A stretch of 64,000 nt of DNA. It comes from Phycisphaeraceae bacterium (lineage in GTDB: Bacteria > Planctomycetota > Phycisphaerae > Phycisphaerales > Zrk34). Positions within the stretch are counted from its first letter, which is position 1, and the number at the start of each line of letters is the position of its first letter. The notes below the pieces were generated by a model. That model was not told where the DNA came from and did no database searches. It worked only from the letters and a program-made list of their open reading frames with translations. This document shows positions 32,501 through 41,342 of the stretch, piece by piece. The stretch is from positions 1 through 64,000 of the forward strand of contig JBBDRF010000085.1 of the NCBI GenBank assembly GCA_040905565.1. Reading direction: 5' to 3'. The position numbers and the translations under genes were made by a program.

Positions 32501-32771
32501 CTCCATGCAACGACTCGTCCCCATCCTCATGACCGCACTCACCGCCATGCTCGGCCTCGCGCCCCTCGCACTCGCGCACGGCCAGCCCGGCAGCGAACTG
32601 CTCGCGCCCCTCGCCGTCGTCGTGCTCGGCGGGCTGTTCAGCTCCACATTCTTAAACCTCATCGTCGTTCCCGCCGGTTACTACATGATCTTTAAGAACC
32701 GCCCCATCCAGTTCGACAACGACGCAACCGGCGACCACTTGCTCAAAACACCCCCAACCAACGACAATTAA
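29568..32771 (+). CDS. Heavy-metal efflux RND permease (CusA/CzcA family)
   Basis: VDVFPSL, TM4 GGLAIAVGEVVDDAIIDVEN, RTGRAERDEH, RLVPILMTAL. Confidence 0.95.
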   Translation: MLRRLIAFSLNNAALVLVMAALLLLYALYQVPRMAVDVFPSLNAPTVVVLTEAGGLAADEVEQYVTIPLESAVNGLPGVRRVRSGSAMSLSLIYVEFDWGTDIYRARQVVSEGLAGVTEQLPEKVHTEIAPISGITGEIMLLSLSSPDQSVSPIDLRSFAEFDLRQRLLSVRGVAQVVAIGGEMPEYQVNVRQDQLRLYDLTIADVTEAARQSHSIASAGYLPNVQGIESALRQRAQVQSAEDIRRTIVKYHEGVAVTLGDVADVQMGPAPPRGTAANAGHPAVVMSIKKAPFTNTLTMTDDIDRVLDQVEAGLPEGIVLDRHVMRQADFINASIGNVTHKLRDASIIVAVIVVLFLLNVRASIITLTAIPLSIAMGLLFLYGMNMTLNVMTLGGLAIAVGEVVDDAIIDVENIMRRLRENARLPEHQRQPRLRIIFQASNEIRSAIVFATIIIVIVFVPLLFLQGVEGRFFRPMGAAYIVSILASLLVALTVVPALSRFLFRGKLGQEEEDGWLVRLLKRAYEPTLQAAIRYRHAVLAIALLATLGSLWLGSTFGRDFLPAFREGTMTIFIDAPPGTSLTESDRMVKGLDRRLSELEGVRAVVRRTGRAERDEHAHGVNRSEIQVALNPEAQHADVLRRIDGVLADLPGLNTEVGAPISHQLSHVLSGTQAAIAINVFGEDLPTLRRIAEDIEAALADVPGARDVLANREATIESLPIRYRHTDLARWGLTPASAAKQTEAAFNGVTVQRVNEGVRLYDLVVRLHPDQRQNYDDVRNLLLRGQGGALVRLSEIANVGPEYTPLGIQRQNGQRKAVVSLNVAEGHNLGHVVDAVRQRVDPIVHRRGYAVTYGGQFEAQQSASQTLYVVGGFICIIILVLLTMAFNSTRAAALVMVNLPLALIGGIVAIFLTESGNPLANFWALLTGGSYQAPVISIASMVGFITLFGIAVRNGLLLVNHYAYMLNVDKLPFEQAIIHGSMQRLVPILMTALTAMLGLAPLALAHGQPGSELLAPLAVVVLGGLFSSTFLNLIVVPAGYYMIFKNRPIQFDNDATGDHLLKTPPTNDN

Positions 32772-32802
32772 CCCCCTCACCACAACATTGGAGAACCCCA
32801 CG

Positions 32803-33291
32803 ATGCGCACCACAGCAACACTCATCCTCACCCTCGGATTGACCACCACCCTCTTCATCGGCTGCACCGATAGTGCCGCCCCCACCCAGGCCCCCGTAGC
32901 CGAGCACGATGAGTCAGATCACGGTCACGGCGACGAGCAAGCCAACGGCCACGAAGCCGACGGCCACCACGCCGGGCCCAAGCATCCCCTCGGCCCCGTG
33001 TCCGTCGGCCCCTACACCGTCACCGCCAAGCAGATCGGCGAAATCGAAGCAGGTGAGCCGCAAACCTTCGAGATCATGCTCGACGACCCCACCACAGAAC
33101 CCGAGGCACTTCGTGCATGGGTCGGCAACGAGCAAGCCGTCGGCTCCGTCAAAGTACGCACCGTCTTCCGCGACGGCTTCTACGACGCCGACCTTCAGGT
33201 CCCCCAACCCATGCCCGAAAACAGCAAGCTCTGGGTCGAAATCGAAACCGACACCGAGCGCCACGTCGGCAGCCTCGAACTGCACGAATGA
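32803..33291 (+). CDS. His-rich lipoprotein, putative periplasmic metal chaperone
   Basis: Lipobox FIGC, EHDESDHGHGD...GHHAGPKH; last gene of the efflux operon. Confidence 0.75.
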   Translation: MRTTATLILTLGLTTTLFIGCTDSAAPTQAPVAEHDESDHGHGDEQANGHEADGHHAGPKHPLGPVSVGPYTVTAKQIGEIEAGEPQTFEIMLDDPTTEPEALRAWVGNEQAVGSVKVRTVFRDGFYDADLQVPQPMPENSKLWVEIETDTERHVGSLELHE

Positions 33292-33308
33292 GTTGAGCCA
33301 AAACAAAA

Positions 33309-33340
33309 TGCGGACCCTGTCCGTCAGGACAGGGTCCGCA
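33309..33340. terminator. Hairpin terminator between convergent genes
   Basis: tgcggaccctgtcc-gtca-ggacagggtccgca perfect 14-bp stem. Confidence 0.75.
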
Positions 33341-33344
33341 ATTC

Positions 33345-34142
33345 TTAATCGATCAAGCCCGGCACAGGGATCTTGAAAAAGTACTGACGATTGTGAAAGG
33401 CGGGGTCGAACACTCCGCCGCTTTCGATCTCCGTCGCGTTGTACCAGCGGACACTCCCGTCTTCTGAAAGGAAGTTCCCGCCGAGCACCGCATCAGGATC
33501 CGAAGGGCTCAGGTGATTGGTAATCGGAATGCTGCGATCGTTGATCCAGTACGGTTCGCCATCATCCGTAAAGTACCCGTCCGACATGAGCGGAGCCTTG
33601 CTGTAGGCGCCGTCCATTTTCGTACGCGAAACCCAACCCACCACCTCAGGCTCATACTGTGTCTCGGTGTTCGTCTCCCGATGCGCCAGGTAAAAGAACG
33701 TGAGGTGGTCGTTGCCCCAGTTACGCAAACCCGTCGCCGTCGGACAATGAGCGACCCGATTCTCACCCGCCACGGTTGCTTCGTAGTCTGCCTGCACCAG
33801 ATACCGCGCCTGGAAATCAACCCATTCGTGAGGCCCCCACCACGGTTCATACCACTGCCGATATAACCGGCCGTTGATCCCCGCGTTCGGCAACTGCTGG
33901 TTGTTGTCCATCGCGAACATCGGCAACGCCGTACCCCACTGGCGAAGGTTCGAAGCGCACGATACCTTCAAAGCCTCCTGCCGCGCCCGCCCCAGAGCCG
34001 GCAACAAAATCGCCATCAGCAGCGCGATAATCCCCACCACCACCAGCAACTCAATCAGCGTAAAACCGACCGACCTGCTGTTTCGAGATCGCTCCTGACC
34101 GGCCCCCCTGTCGCAACCTGCATCAACCTGCGGGTTTCTCAT
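33345..34142 (-). CDS. Prepilin-type N-methylation domain protein with H-X9-DG-like C-terminus (planctomycete pseudopilin-like family)
   Basis: [29 protein letters not shown]...CASNLRQ; NH...[11 protein letters not shown]. Confidence 0.9.
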   Translation of the reverse strand: MRNPQVDAGCDRGAGQERSRNSRSVGFTLIELLVVVGIIALLMAILLPALGRARQEALKVSCASNLRQWGTALPMFAMDNNQQLPNAGINGRLYRQWYEPWWGPHEWVDFQARYLVQADYEATVAGENRVAHCPTATGLRNWGNDHLTFFYLAHRETNTETQYEPEVVGWVSRTKMDGAYSKAPLMSDGYFTDDGEPYWINDRSIPITNHLSPSDPDAVLGGNFLSEDGSVRWYNATEIESGGVFDPAFHNRQYFFKIPVPGLID

Positions 34143-34239
34143 GGCATATCCCTTCCTGCGAGTATTCGCTCCGAGAAAACGCACCTGCGGTACGACTCTC
34201 GAAGGCGGTAATTGAAAAATATCTTCGCCCCTCGGCAAA

Positions 34240-34677
34240 CTACTGATAGTCCGGCGGCAACTGCCCCTCACGCAGATGCGACCAATACTGCTCGTGCTTC
34301 TCACGTAACGCGTCAGCCTCTTCGCCGCTCACCTCACCGTTAGCCAGCTGACGTTCGCCATCCTTGATCGTTTCAAGCACGCCGCGAAGGCCGCCTTCTG
34401 AAGCATCGCGATGCATACGGAGCGTCAACTCCAAAGCCTCCGCCTTTGTCTGATGCGCGCGCTGCTGACTGACCGATCCGTCAGCCACGGCTGGATCCAG
34501 CCGCTCCCGCCACGACGAATCAAGCGACAAAGCACCATCCCACAACTCGTTCGTGGCCTCTTCACCACAGCCGACCAGAAAGACGCCCACGATGCTCAGC
34601 ACGCCGAGCAAAAAACAGCTTTGTACACTCAAGCGTTCTTCCTCTACTAGAATCCTGTGCGGAACCTCAACGAGCAC
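34240..34677 (-). CDS. Hypothetical lipoprotein
   Basis: Lipobox LVGC after a hydrophobic stretch; start uncertain. Confidence 0.55.
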   Translation of the reverse strand: MLVEVPHRILVEEERLSVQSCFLLGVLSIVGVFLVGCGEEATNELWDGALSLDSSWRERLDPAVADGSVSQQRAHQTKAEALELTLRMHRDASEGGLRGVLETIKDGERQLANGEVSGEEADALREKHEQYWSHLREGQLPPDYQ

Positions 34678-34968
34678 GCACGAAGACTGAAAATAAATAG
34701 ATAGACCTCAGCGTTTCATGCTAGCCGCCCCTTCGCATGCCGCAAGCGCTATTCTTTTATAAAATGCCACCATTTTTTTACGACACAAAACGCACCGTGC
34801 CCGACGTGCCCGATGGCGGCAACGTGGGCTTCACACCATGCATCGCAACTCATCAGGAGCTACGACCCTAACTTTGCGCGCTAGCGTTTTGCGTGCGTCG
34901 CAGCACACCCTCTTTGCGACGCATGGATTTGATAAGCCCCTGCACTCCCCCGCCTGCACCAACAACAA

Positions 34969-35042
34969 TGGGCGTTACTGGACTCGAACCAGTGACTTCC
35001 TCCTTGTAAGGGAGGCGCTCTAGCCAACTGAGCTAAACGCCC
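34969..35042 (-). tRNA. tRNA-Val (TAC)
   Basis: Reverse complement GGGCGTTTAGCTCAGTTGGCTAGAGCGCCTCCCTTACAAGGAGGAAGTCACTGGTTCGAGTCCAGTAACGCCCA forms a cloverleaf with TAC anticodon; CCA not encoded. Confidence 0.97.
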
Positions 35043-35222
35043 GACGGCCCCATTCTAAGCCCCGGCACGAACCCGGTAAAGCAGCCGCGAAACAGCCGGT
35101 CGTTCCCCAGACCGGTCCCCGCACCTCCCCTCGCCCCAATCCACAGCATTCAGCACAAAAAAACACACGTTCATCCCGGCGCAGCATCAACAGCGAACGC
35201 TCCGCCCGTTAAACTCACAGCC

Positions 35223-36701
35223 ATGCCCGAGCCGACGCCCCAACCGACGCTTCCCCCCCAAAGCCCCCCCGGCTCCGCCCAGCCCGATCCACAGACCCGC
35301 GCCTTGCTCAAGACCTGGCTCATCATCGCCCTGGCCGCGATCGCAGCCGCCGCCGTCTATTACGGGCTCCCCTCAAACGTCAACGAACTCGCCCGTCGCG
35401 CCGCCGCCATCTTTGTCGTCGCCGCCATCTTCTGGGCCACCGAAGTGCTCCCGCTCTACGCCACCTCACTCGTCATCGTCGCACTCTGTGTGCTACTGCT
35501 GACCACCGACGGAGGCATCGCCGCCCTGCTGCCGAGCCACGCCGACTGGCCCGTGAACGACGCCGGCGAACCCCTTAACCTTCCCTTCGCCACCTTCTTC
35601 GAAGCCTTCGCCTCCCCCGTTATCATTCTCTTCCTCGGCGGCTTCCTCCTCTCCGCCGCCGTCACCAAGCACGGCCTCGATCGCGCCATCGCCTCCAAAA
35701 TCCTCAGCCCGGTCTCCCATCGCCCTCTCCTGCTCATCTTCGCCATCATGGGCATCACAGCCTTCTTTTCCATGTGGATGAGCAACACCGCCACGGCAGC
35801 CATGATGATCGGCATCGTCAGCCCTCTCCTGCGTAACCTGCACGAAAGCGAACGCTTCGGCCACGCAATCATCCTCGCCGTCCCCTTCGGCGCGAACATC
35901 GGCGGCATCGGCACGCCCATCGGCTCCCCCCCCAACGCCATCGCCCTCGGCTCCCTCCAGTCCGCCGGCATCAACATCACCTTCGTCGACTGGATGATCG
36001 TCGGCGTCCCGCTCGCCCTCATCCTCCTCACCGTCGCAGGCCTCCTCCTCTTCCTCATGTATCGCCCCTCCGCCTCGCTCGACATCGGCCACATCCACGC
36101 ACGCGAGAAAATCTCCGCCGCCGGCAAAGCCACCGCCTGCGTCCTACTCGCCGCCATGGCCCTCTGGCTCACCGGCCGCTGGCACGGCATCGCCCCCGCC
36201 GTCGTCGCGCTTCTCGCGGCCGCCGCCCTCACCGCACTCCGCGTCCTCGATCGCAAAGACGTCGATTCCATCGACTGGAATATCCTCATCCTCATGTGGG
36301 GCGGCCTCACCCTCGGCCACGCCATGCAGACCACCGGACTCGTCGACCACGTCATGCAACTGCCCATCGCCGACCTCCGAGGCATCGCGCTCGCAGCCGT
36401 CGTCGTCTTCGTCGCCGCCGGTCTAAGCACCTTCATGAGCAACACCGCCGCCGCGACCCTCATCATCCCCATGGCCATCGCCCTCAGCCCCACCGAAGCC
36501 GGCGAGCTCGCCATCCTCGTCGCCTTCGCCTGCTCATTCGCCATGGCCATGCCCATCTCCACCCCCCCCAACGCCATCGCCTTCGCCAGCGGCCGCATCA
36601 CCGTCAACACCATGCTCACAGCAGGTGGCCTCATCACCCTCATCGCCCTGCTCCTGCTACTCATCGGCTACCAGATCATGATCCCGATCATCCTCAACTG
36701 A
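35223..36701 (+). CDS. DASS/SLC13 sodium:dicarboxylate or sulfate symporter
   Basis: SMWMSNTATAAMM, ANIGGIGTPIGSPPNAI, FMSNTAAA, PISTPPNAI. Confidence 0.93.
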   Translation: MPEPTPQPTLPPQSPPGSAQPDPQTRALLKTWLIIALAAIAAAAVYYGLPSNVNELARRAAAIFVVAAIFWATEVLPLYATSLVIVALCVLLLTTDGGIAALLPSHADWPVNDAGEPLNLPFATFFEAFASPVIILFLGGFLLSAAVTKHGLDRAIASKILSPVSHRPLLLIFAIMGITAFFSMWMSNTATAAMMIGIVSPLLRNLHESERFGHAIILAVPFGANIGGIGTPIGSPPNAIALGSLQSAGINITFVDWMIVGVPLALILLTVAGLLLFLMYRPSASLDIGHIHAREKISAAGKATACVLLAAMALWLTGRWHGIAPAVVALLAAAALTALRVLDRKDVDSIDWNILILMWGGLTLGHAMQTTGLVDHVMQLPIADLRGIALAAVVVFVAAGLSTFMSNTAAATLIIPMAIALSPTEAGELAILVAFACSFAMAMPISTPPNAIAFASGRITVNTMLTAGGLITLIALLLLLIGYQIMIPIILN

Positions 36702-36722
36702 AGCGCCATAACCGCGTCGATC

Positions 36723-36815
36723 TCACTTTCATCAACAGCGCCGATCCATTCAACGATGTGTCCTGGCAGGTCGGCAGTTGCGTCACGCTCGGAACCCGCA
36801 CCATGTTCGGCGGCA
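36723..36815 (+). pseudogene. Degenerate 93-bp copy of part of the downstream DUF3494 gene
   Basis: Aligns without gaps to 37543..37635 with 9 mismatches. Confidence 0.8.
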
Positions 36816-37058
36816 GCTTTTGCGGCCATCGACGCGCATATCGTGACCCTGCCACGCGTTAAAGGGCTGCTGCTGCTGCAGGAGTTCTAACGATTCGCCG
36901 GAGGATAGGGGCAGATCAGACTTGCTGTGATCTCAGACTTTTTTGCATTGGGTTTTGCATTGTGTCCGATAATGACTTATACTCTGAACAAGCGCGTCAC
37001 GGTACGCGTTACCGTCACGGGGTACCCACGATTTTTCACGAACCGGGAGTAACAGATC

Positions 37059-37844
37059 ATGCAACGAAGTATTTTTGCGATGGCGTGCGTTTTTATCTGC
37101 GTCGGCATCAGCGCTCAAGCGAGCGGGGCAATTGTCAGTTTGGGCGGAGCCAGCAGTTTCGCGGTGCTAGGCGCCTCAACCGTGACCAATACCGGTAACA
37201 CGGTCCTCGTCGGCGACCTCGGCGTGGATCCCGGAACCGCGATCACAGGATTCTTCGGCACCAACGAAAATGACGGGCCTGGCACTTTCACCGGGTCATC
37301 GCACCAGGACGACGCCGTCGCAGAGCAGGCCCAGGCCGATGCCCTGACAGCCTACAATCTGCTCGCCGGCTTAACGCCGACGCAGGATCTGACCGGTCAG
37401 GATCTCGGCGGATTGACGCTGTCGCCCGGTACCTACAACTTCGATACCTCCGCTCAGCTCACCGGAAATCTCACCCTTGACGGCCCGGGCGACTACGTCT
37501 TCCAGATCGGGAGCACCCTCACCACCGCGTCGAACTCATCGGTCACCTTCATCAACGGCGCCGATCCGTTCAACGATGTATTCTGGCAGGTCGGAAGTTC
37601 CGCCACGCTCGGAACCGGCACCATGTTCGGCGGCACCATCATCGCCGACCAAAGCAACACGCTCACTACCGGTGCCAGCGTCGACGGACGGGTCATCGCA
37701 CTCAATGCTGCCGTGACGCTCGACAACAACCGCATCTCCGTGGTTCCTACCCCCGTCGCCGGCATCCTCGGCCTCGCGGCGTTTGGGATGCTCGGCATGC
37801 GTCGTCGCCGTCGTGATCAGAGCCTCGCAGCCGTCGAAGCGTAA
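37059..37844 (+). CDS. DUF3494 ice-binding-like protein with PEP-CTERM-like (VPTP) anchor
   Basis: Signal peptide; [53 protein letters not shown] tail. Confidence 0.9.
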   Translation: MQRSIFAMACVFICVGISAQASGAIVSLGGASSFAVLGASTVTNTGNTVLVGDLGVDPGTAITGFFGTNENDGPGTFTGSSHQDDAVAEQAQADALTAYNLLAGLTPTQDLTGQDLGGLTLSPGTYNFDTSAQLTGNLTLDGPGDYVFQIGSTLTTASNSSVTFINGADPFNDVFWQVGSSATLGTGTMFGGTIIADQSNTLTTGASVDGRVIALNAAVTLDNNRISVVPTPVAGILGLAAFGMLGMRRRRRDQSLAAVEA

Positions 37845-37874
37845 AACAACTCAGCACAGCCTGATGAACTTGCC

Positions 37875-37906
37875 AAGGGGCGGACCACGAACGGTCCGCC
37901 CCTTTT
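37875..37906 (+). terminator. Intrinsic terminator
   Basis: aaggggcggacc-N6-ggtccgcccctt followed by T. Confidence 0.8.
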
Positions 37907-37968
37907 CTGTTGCGGTGGGCCGGGCATAGTGTGTGAGTCGGACGTCCGAGTCCGCTACGGGTTTCTAT

Positions 37969-38087
37969 AGCGGATTTGCCGCAGGCGTAGCATGCAAACG
38001 AGCCACGACCGTAAGGCAGCGGTTGTGCGTCAGGACTTTGCGCGCGTCAACATGAGCCCGCATCGCTATGCCTCAATCGCCTTCGCT
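37969..38087. repeat. MITE-like dispersed repeat, copy 2 (inverted relative to copy 1)
   Basis: Matches the reverse complement of 3261..3380. Confidence 0.8.
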
Positions 38088-38104
38088 TTAACTTGCGACA
38101 TTTG

Positions 38105-39904
38105 CTAGGTTGTGGCCACTTTTTTCGTTCGTTTGGTTGTTGTGCGGTTGTTGGGTTTGTTTCGACGGCGTGTTCTTTTGATTTTGGCGGTTGGCGAGGC
38201 GATGGCCTCCGTCGCCATATTCAGCATCTCGTCGGCCTGGGCGCGTGTTGTCGCCGTCGCATGCTTGCCCGTCAGCATCTCCGCGAGCTCGTCGATCCGC
38301 TGCTTCCGCTCACCTAGCGACCGCACTCGCGTCCGCGTCGTCTTGCCCTCCACCGATTTGCTGATATGAAGATGATGATCCGCAAATGCTGCGATCTGAG
38401 GCAGATGGGTGATGCAGAGCACCTGATGACCGCCCGCAAGGCCCTGCAGTTTTCGGCCCAGCACGGTGCCGAGTCGACCGCCGACGTTCGCGTCGATCTC
38501 GTCGAACACCAGCACGCTGATGCGGTCGGCGTCGGCGACGATCGACTTGATCGCCAGCATCACCCGCGAGAGTTCGCCGCCGCTGGCCACGCGTCGCAAC
38601 GGCCGGGCCGGCTGTCCGGGGTTCGCCCGCACCAGCATCTCAAGCGCGTCGCAACCTGTGGAACCGGCCGGCGCATCTTCAAAGGAGATCTCGAATTGCG
38701 CCTCGCCCATCCCCAATTCCGCAAGCTCAGCTTCAATCAAAGGCTGCAACCGCTCAGCCGCCGCCCGGCGCCGACGTGAGAGCTGCTGCCCGATTTCATC
38801 GAGTTCGCGCTGCAACGGTTCGATGCGCTGATCCATCGCCGTGAGGTCCGCCGACTCGCCTTGCAGACGATCGATCTCCGTCTGGATCTGCCGACGATAG
38901 GCGATCACGTCATCGGCCCGTCCGCCCGGTCCGGGGCCTTGGGATCCGTACTTATGGATGAGGCGGTTCAGCGTGTTCAGCCGATCCGTAACCTCCGCAA
39001 GTTCCGCAGGATCAAGGTCTAACCGGTTTTGATAGCGTGCCAGATCGAACGCGGCGTCCTGCAGTTGAGCAGCGGCACCGTGCAGCAGTTCGGCGACGGG
39101 CTTGATCGCCTCGTCGAGTTCAGTGAGTTCGCGGACGATGCCGAGGATCGCCTGGAGGTTCTCGACGACGGCCCCGTCCGATTCGTAAAGTGCTGAGGTG
39201 GCAGCAGCTGCGTCACGGCCGATCTTCTCAAGGTTCGCGAGGAGCCGATGTCTGGCCTCAATCTGAATATCCTCGCCTTCCATCGGCTCGGCGGCGTCGA
39301 TTTCGTCGGCCTGGAAGCGGTAGAGCTCAAGCTGTTGATCCCGCAAGGTTTGTGACGCGTCCAGTTCCTTACGCCGCTGCTGAAGCTGGCGCAACTGCTG
39401 ATATTTGTCCGCAAACTGCTTACGCAGGTCGACGGTTTCCGCGAAGCCGTCGAGTGTCGTAAGCTGAGCAGCAGGTTGAAGTAGCAACTGATGATCGTGC
39501 TGGCCGTGCACGTCGACGAGCAGGCTTCCGAGGCGACTGAGCATCTGCAGCGTGGCGGGCTGTCCGTTGATGCTGACGGAGGTTCGGCCGGATGCGAAAA
39601 GTTTCCGTGTGATAAGGACTTGCGCCGGTCCCCCTTTCTCATCGAGGGACAGGTCGGCGATGGTGTTGGCCTGTTGGATAACGTTCGGGTCGCGTAGTTC
39701 GAAGAGGCCGTTGACGCGGCCTTCTTCCGCGCCGTGGCGCAGGAGGTCGGTCGCGGAGCGCAGGCCGAGCATCAGTTCGAAGGCGCCGATGAGCAGGCTT
39801 TTGCCCGCTCCGGTCTGTCCTGTAAAACAGTTAAGGCCTGCGGCGAGTTCGACCGTGGCATCCTCGATCACCGCGAGATTCGTGATGTGAAGTTCGCGTA
39901 GCAT
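38105..39904 (-). CDS. recN: DNA repair protein RecN
   Basis: TGQTGAGKS, VHGQHDHQ, VASGGELSRVMLA, FDEIDANVGG, ITHLPQIAA. Confidence 0.97.
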   Translation of the reverse strand: MLRELHITNLAVIEDATVELAAGLNCFTGQTGAGKSLLIGAFELMLGLRSATDLLRHGAEEGRVNGLFELRDPNVIQQANTIADLSLDEKGGPAQVLITRKLFASGRTSVSINGQPATLQMLSRLGSLLVDVHGQHDHQLLLQPAAQLTTLDGFAETVDLRKQFADKYQQLRQLQQRRKELDASQTLRDQQLELYRFQADEIDAAEPMEGEDIQIEARHRLLANLEKIGRDAAAATSALYESDGAVVENLQAILGIVRELTELDEAIKPVAELLHGAAAQLQDAAFDLARYQNRLDLDPAELAEVTDRLNTLNRLIHKYGSQGPGPGGRADDVIAYRRQIQTEIDRLQGESADLTAMDQRIEPLQRELDEIGQQLSRRRRAAAERLQPLIEAELAELGMGEAQFEISFEDAPAGSTGCDALEMLVRANPGQPARPLRRVASGGELSRVMLAIKSIVADADRISVLVFDEIDANVGGRLGTVLGRKLQGLAGGHQVLCITHLPQIAAFADHHLHISKSVEGKTTRTRVRSLGERKQRIDELAEMLTGKHATATTRAQADEMLNMATEAIASPTAKIKRTRRRNKPNNRTTTKRTKKVATT

Positions 39905-40074
39905 CCGTGGCGTGCCCTTACATAGGTTCGGGTTCTGATTGGCTCCACTATTACCACAGTCGGCGGCGGGGTGTCAAGAACTTGAACGGATTTTGTTCGG
40001 GTGTGTAAAATAGTGTAAAATTCGTCATTTCCCGCACCTCAAACGACAGGTTATCCATCGTTATTCCCGGTAGA

Positions 40075-41193
40075 ATGCCCACCATGCAGAAGATACTTGG
40101 TCAGGATCATGCGCTCGAAGTTCTCCGCGCCGCACTCGCCAGCGGACGGATGCACCACGCTTGGATTTTCCACGGACCGGTCGGCGTCGGCAAAGCGACG
40201 ACGGCTCTGGCGGTGGCGAAGGTGCTGCTCTGTCATCAACCGGTGATGGACGAAACGGGGGTGCCGAGCGCTTGCGGAAACTGTCGATCGTGCAGCCTCC
40301 TGGCGCGCGAGGGAGGAGCCCACCCCGACCTGCATGTCGTCCGCAAGGAGCTGGCGCAGTTCAGTGATGATGCGAGCGTGCGCGGGCGGAAGCAGATGAA
40401 TATCCCGTTGGCGGTGATCAACGAGCGTCTGCTTAATCCGGCTCATCAATCGGCTTCGCTGCAGCACAACAAGGTGTTCGTGGTGGATGAGGCGGAGCTG
40501 CTGGGGTCGAATCAGAAGGAGGGGCAGAATGCGCTTCTGAAGACGCTGGAGGAGCCGCCGGATGGGACGTTTATCTTTCTGGTGACGTCGCACGAGGATC
40601 GGCTGCTGCCGACGATTCGCAGTCGGTGTCAGCGGGTGGGGTTCGGGAACTTGAGCGATGAGCAGGTCGCGAAGTGGGTGGAGCAGCATCCGGATGCCGC
40701 GGAGCTCAGCGACAAGCAACGGCAATGGGTTTCGCAGTTTGCGCGCGGCAGCCTGGGGCGGGCAGCGCTGGTGATGCGGTATCGGCTTGATGTCTGGGCC
40801 GACGAGCTGGAGCCGATGGTGCGTCAGGTGCTCAACGGAAGGCCGGTGCCGGAGCTTGGGCCGACGATGGCGGAACTGGTGGAAACTTTCGCGAAGGCGT
40901 GGGTGGATCATCATGCGAACGCCTCGAAGGACGCGGCGAACAAGGCGGGCGTGCGGCATCTATTTAACCTGCTGGCTGAGCGGTGCCGACGGGGCCTGCA
41001 TGAGACGGCGGAACGGCTTGCGGGGGAGACTGCGGACGCGACGGAAGCGGCGATGCAGCCTTACCTGAATGGGGTTGAACTGATTCGGCAGGCGGAGGGC
41101 GATCTGGACGCGAATGTGGCGCTACCCTTGTTGCTGGACAACCTTGCGATACAATGGGCATCTGAAAATGAGCCTCAATCCGCGGGTCCATAA
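40075..41193 (+). CDS. holB: DNA polymerase III delta-prime subunit
   Basis: HAWIFHGPVGVGKAT, CGNCRSC, HPDL, NALLKTLEEPP, TIRSRCQ. Confidence 0.93.
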   Translation: MPTMQKILGQDHALEVLRAALASGRMHHAWIFHGPVGVGKATTALAVAKVLLCHQPVMDETGVPSACGNCRSCSLLAREGGAHPDLHVVRKELAQFSDDASVRGRKQMNIPLAVINERLLNPAHQSASLQHNKVFVVDEAELLGSNQKEGQNALLKTLEEPPDGTFIFLVTSHEDRLLPTIRSRCQRVGFGNLSDEQVAKWVEQHPDAAELSDKQRQWVSQFARGSLGRAALVMRYRLDVWADELEPMVRQVLNGRPVPELGPTMAELVETFAKAWVDHHANASKDAANKAGVRHLFNLLAERCRRGLHETAERLAGETADATEAAMQPYLNGVELIRQAEGDLDANVALPLLLDNLAIQWASENEPQSAGP

Positions 41194-41342
41194 ACGAAGG
41201 GGATCCGTCTAGTTCGCGTTTGAAACCGCTCGACGGGTCAGGACGTTGAGCGGACTATAAACCTGCCTGACGACAAGCAATGCACCCTCGGCACCGTTGC
41301 GTTTTTTCACGGTGCGTGCTTGCGGTATTGAGGTTCAACTGC

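Noticed and set aside
33345..35042. Island integrated at tRNA-Val
   Set aside because: No duplicated tRNA 3' end found (only a 10-nt match inside rnpB) and no integrase
36723..37635. Possible DGR template/variable repeat pair
   Set aside because: Mismatches are not adenine-specific in either copy and there is no reverse transcriptase in the window
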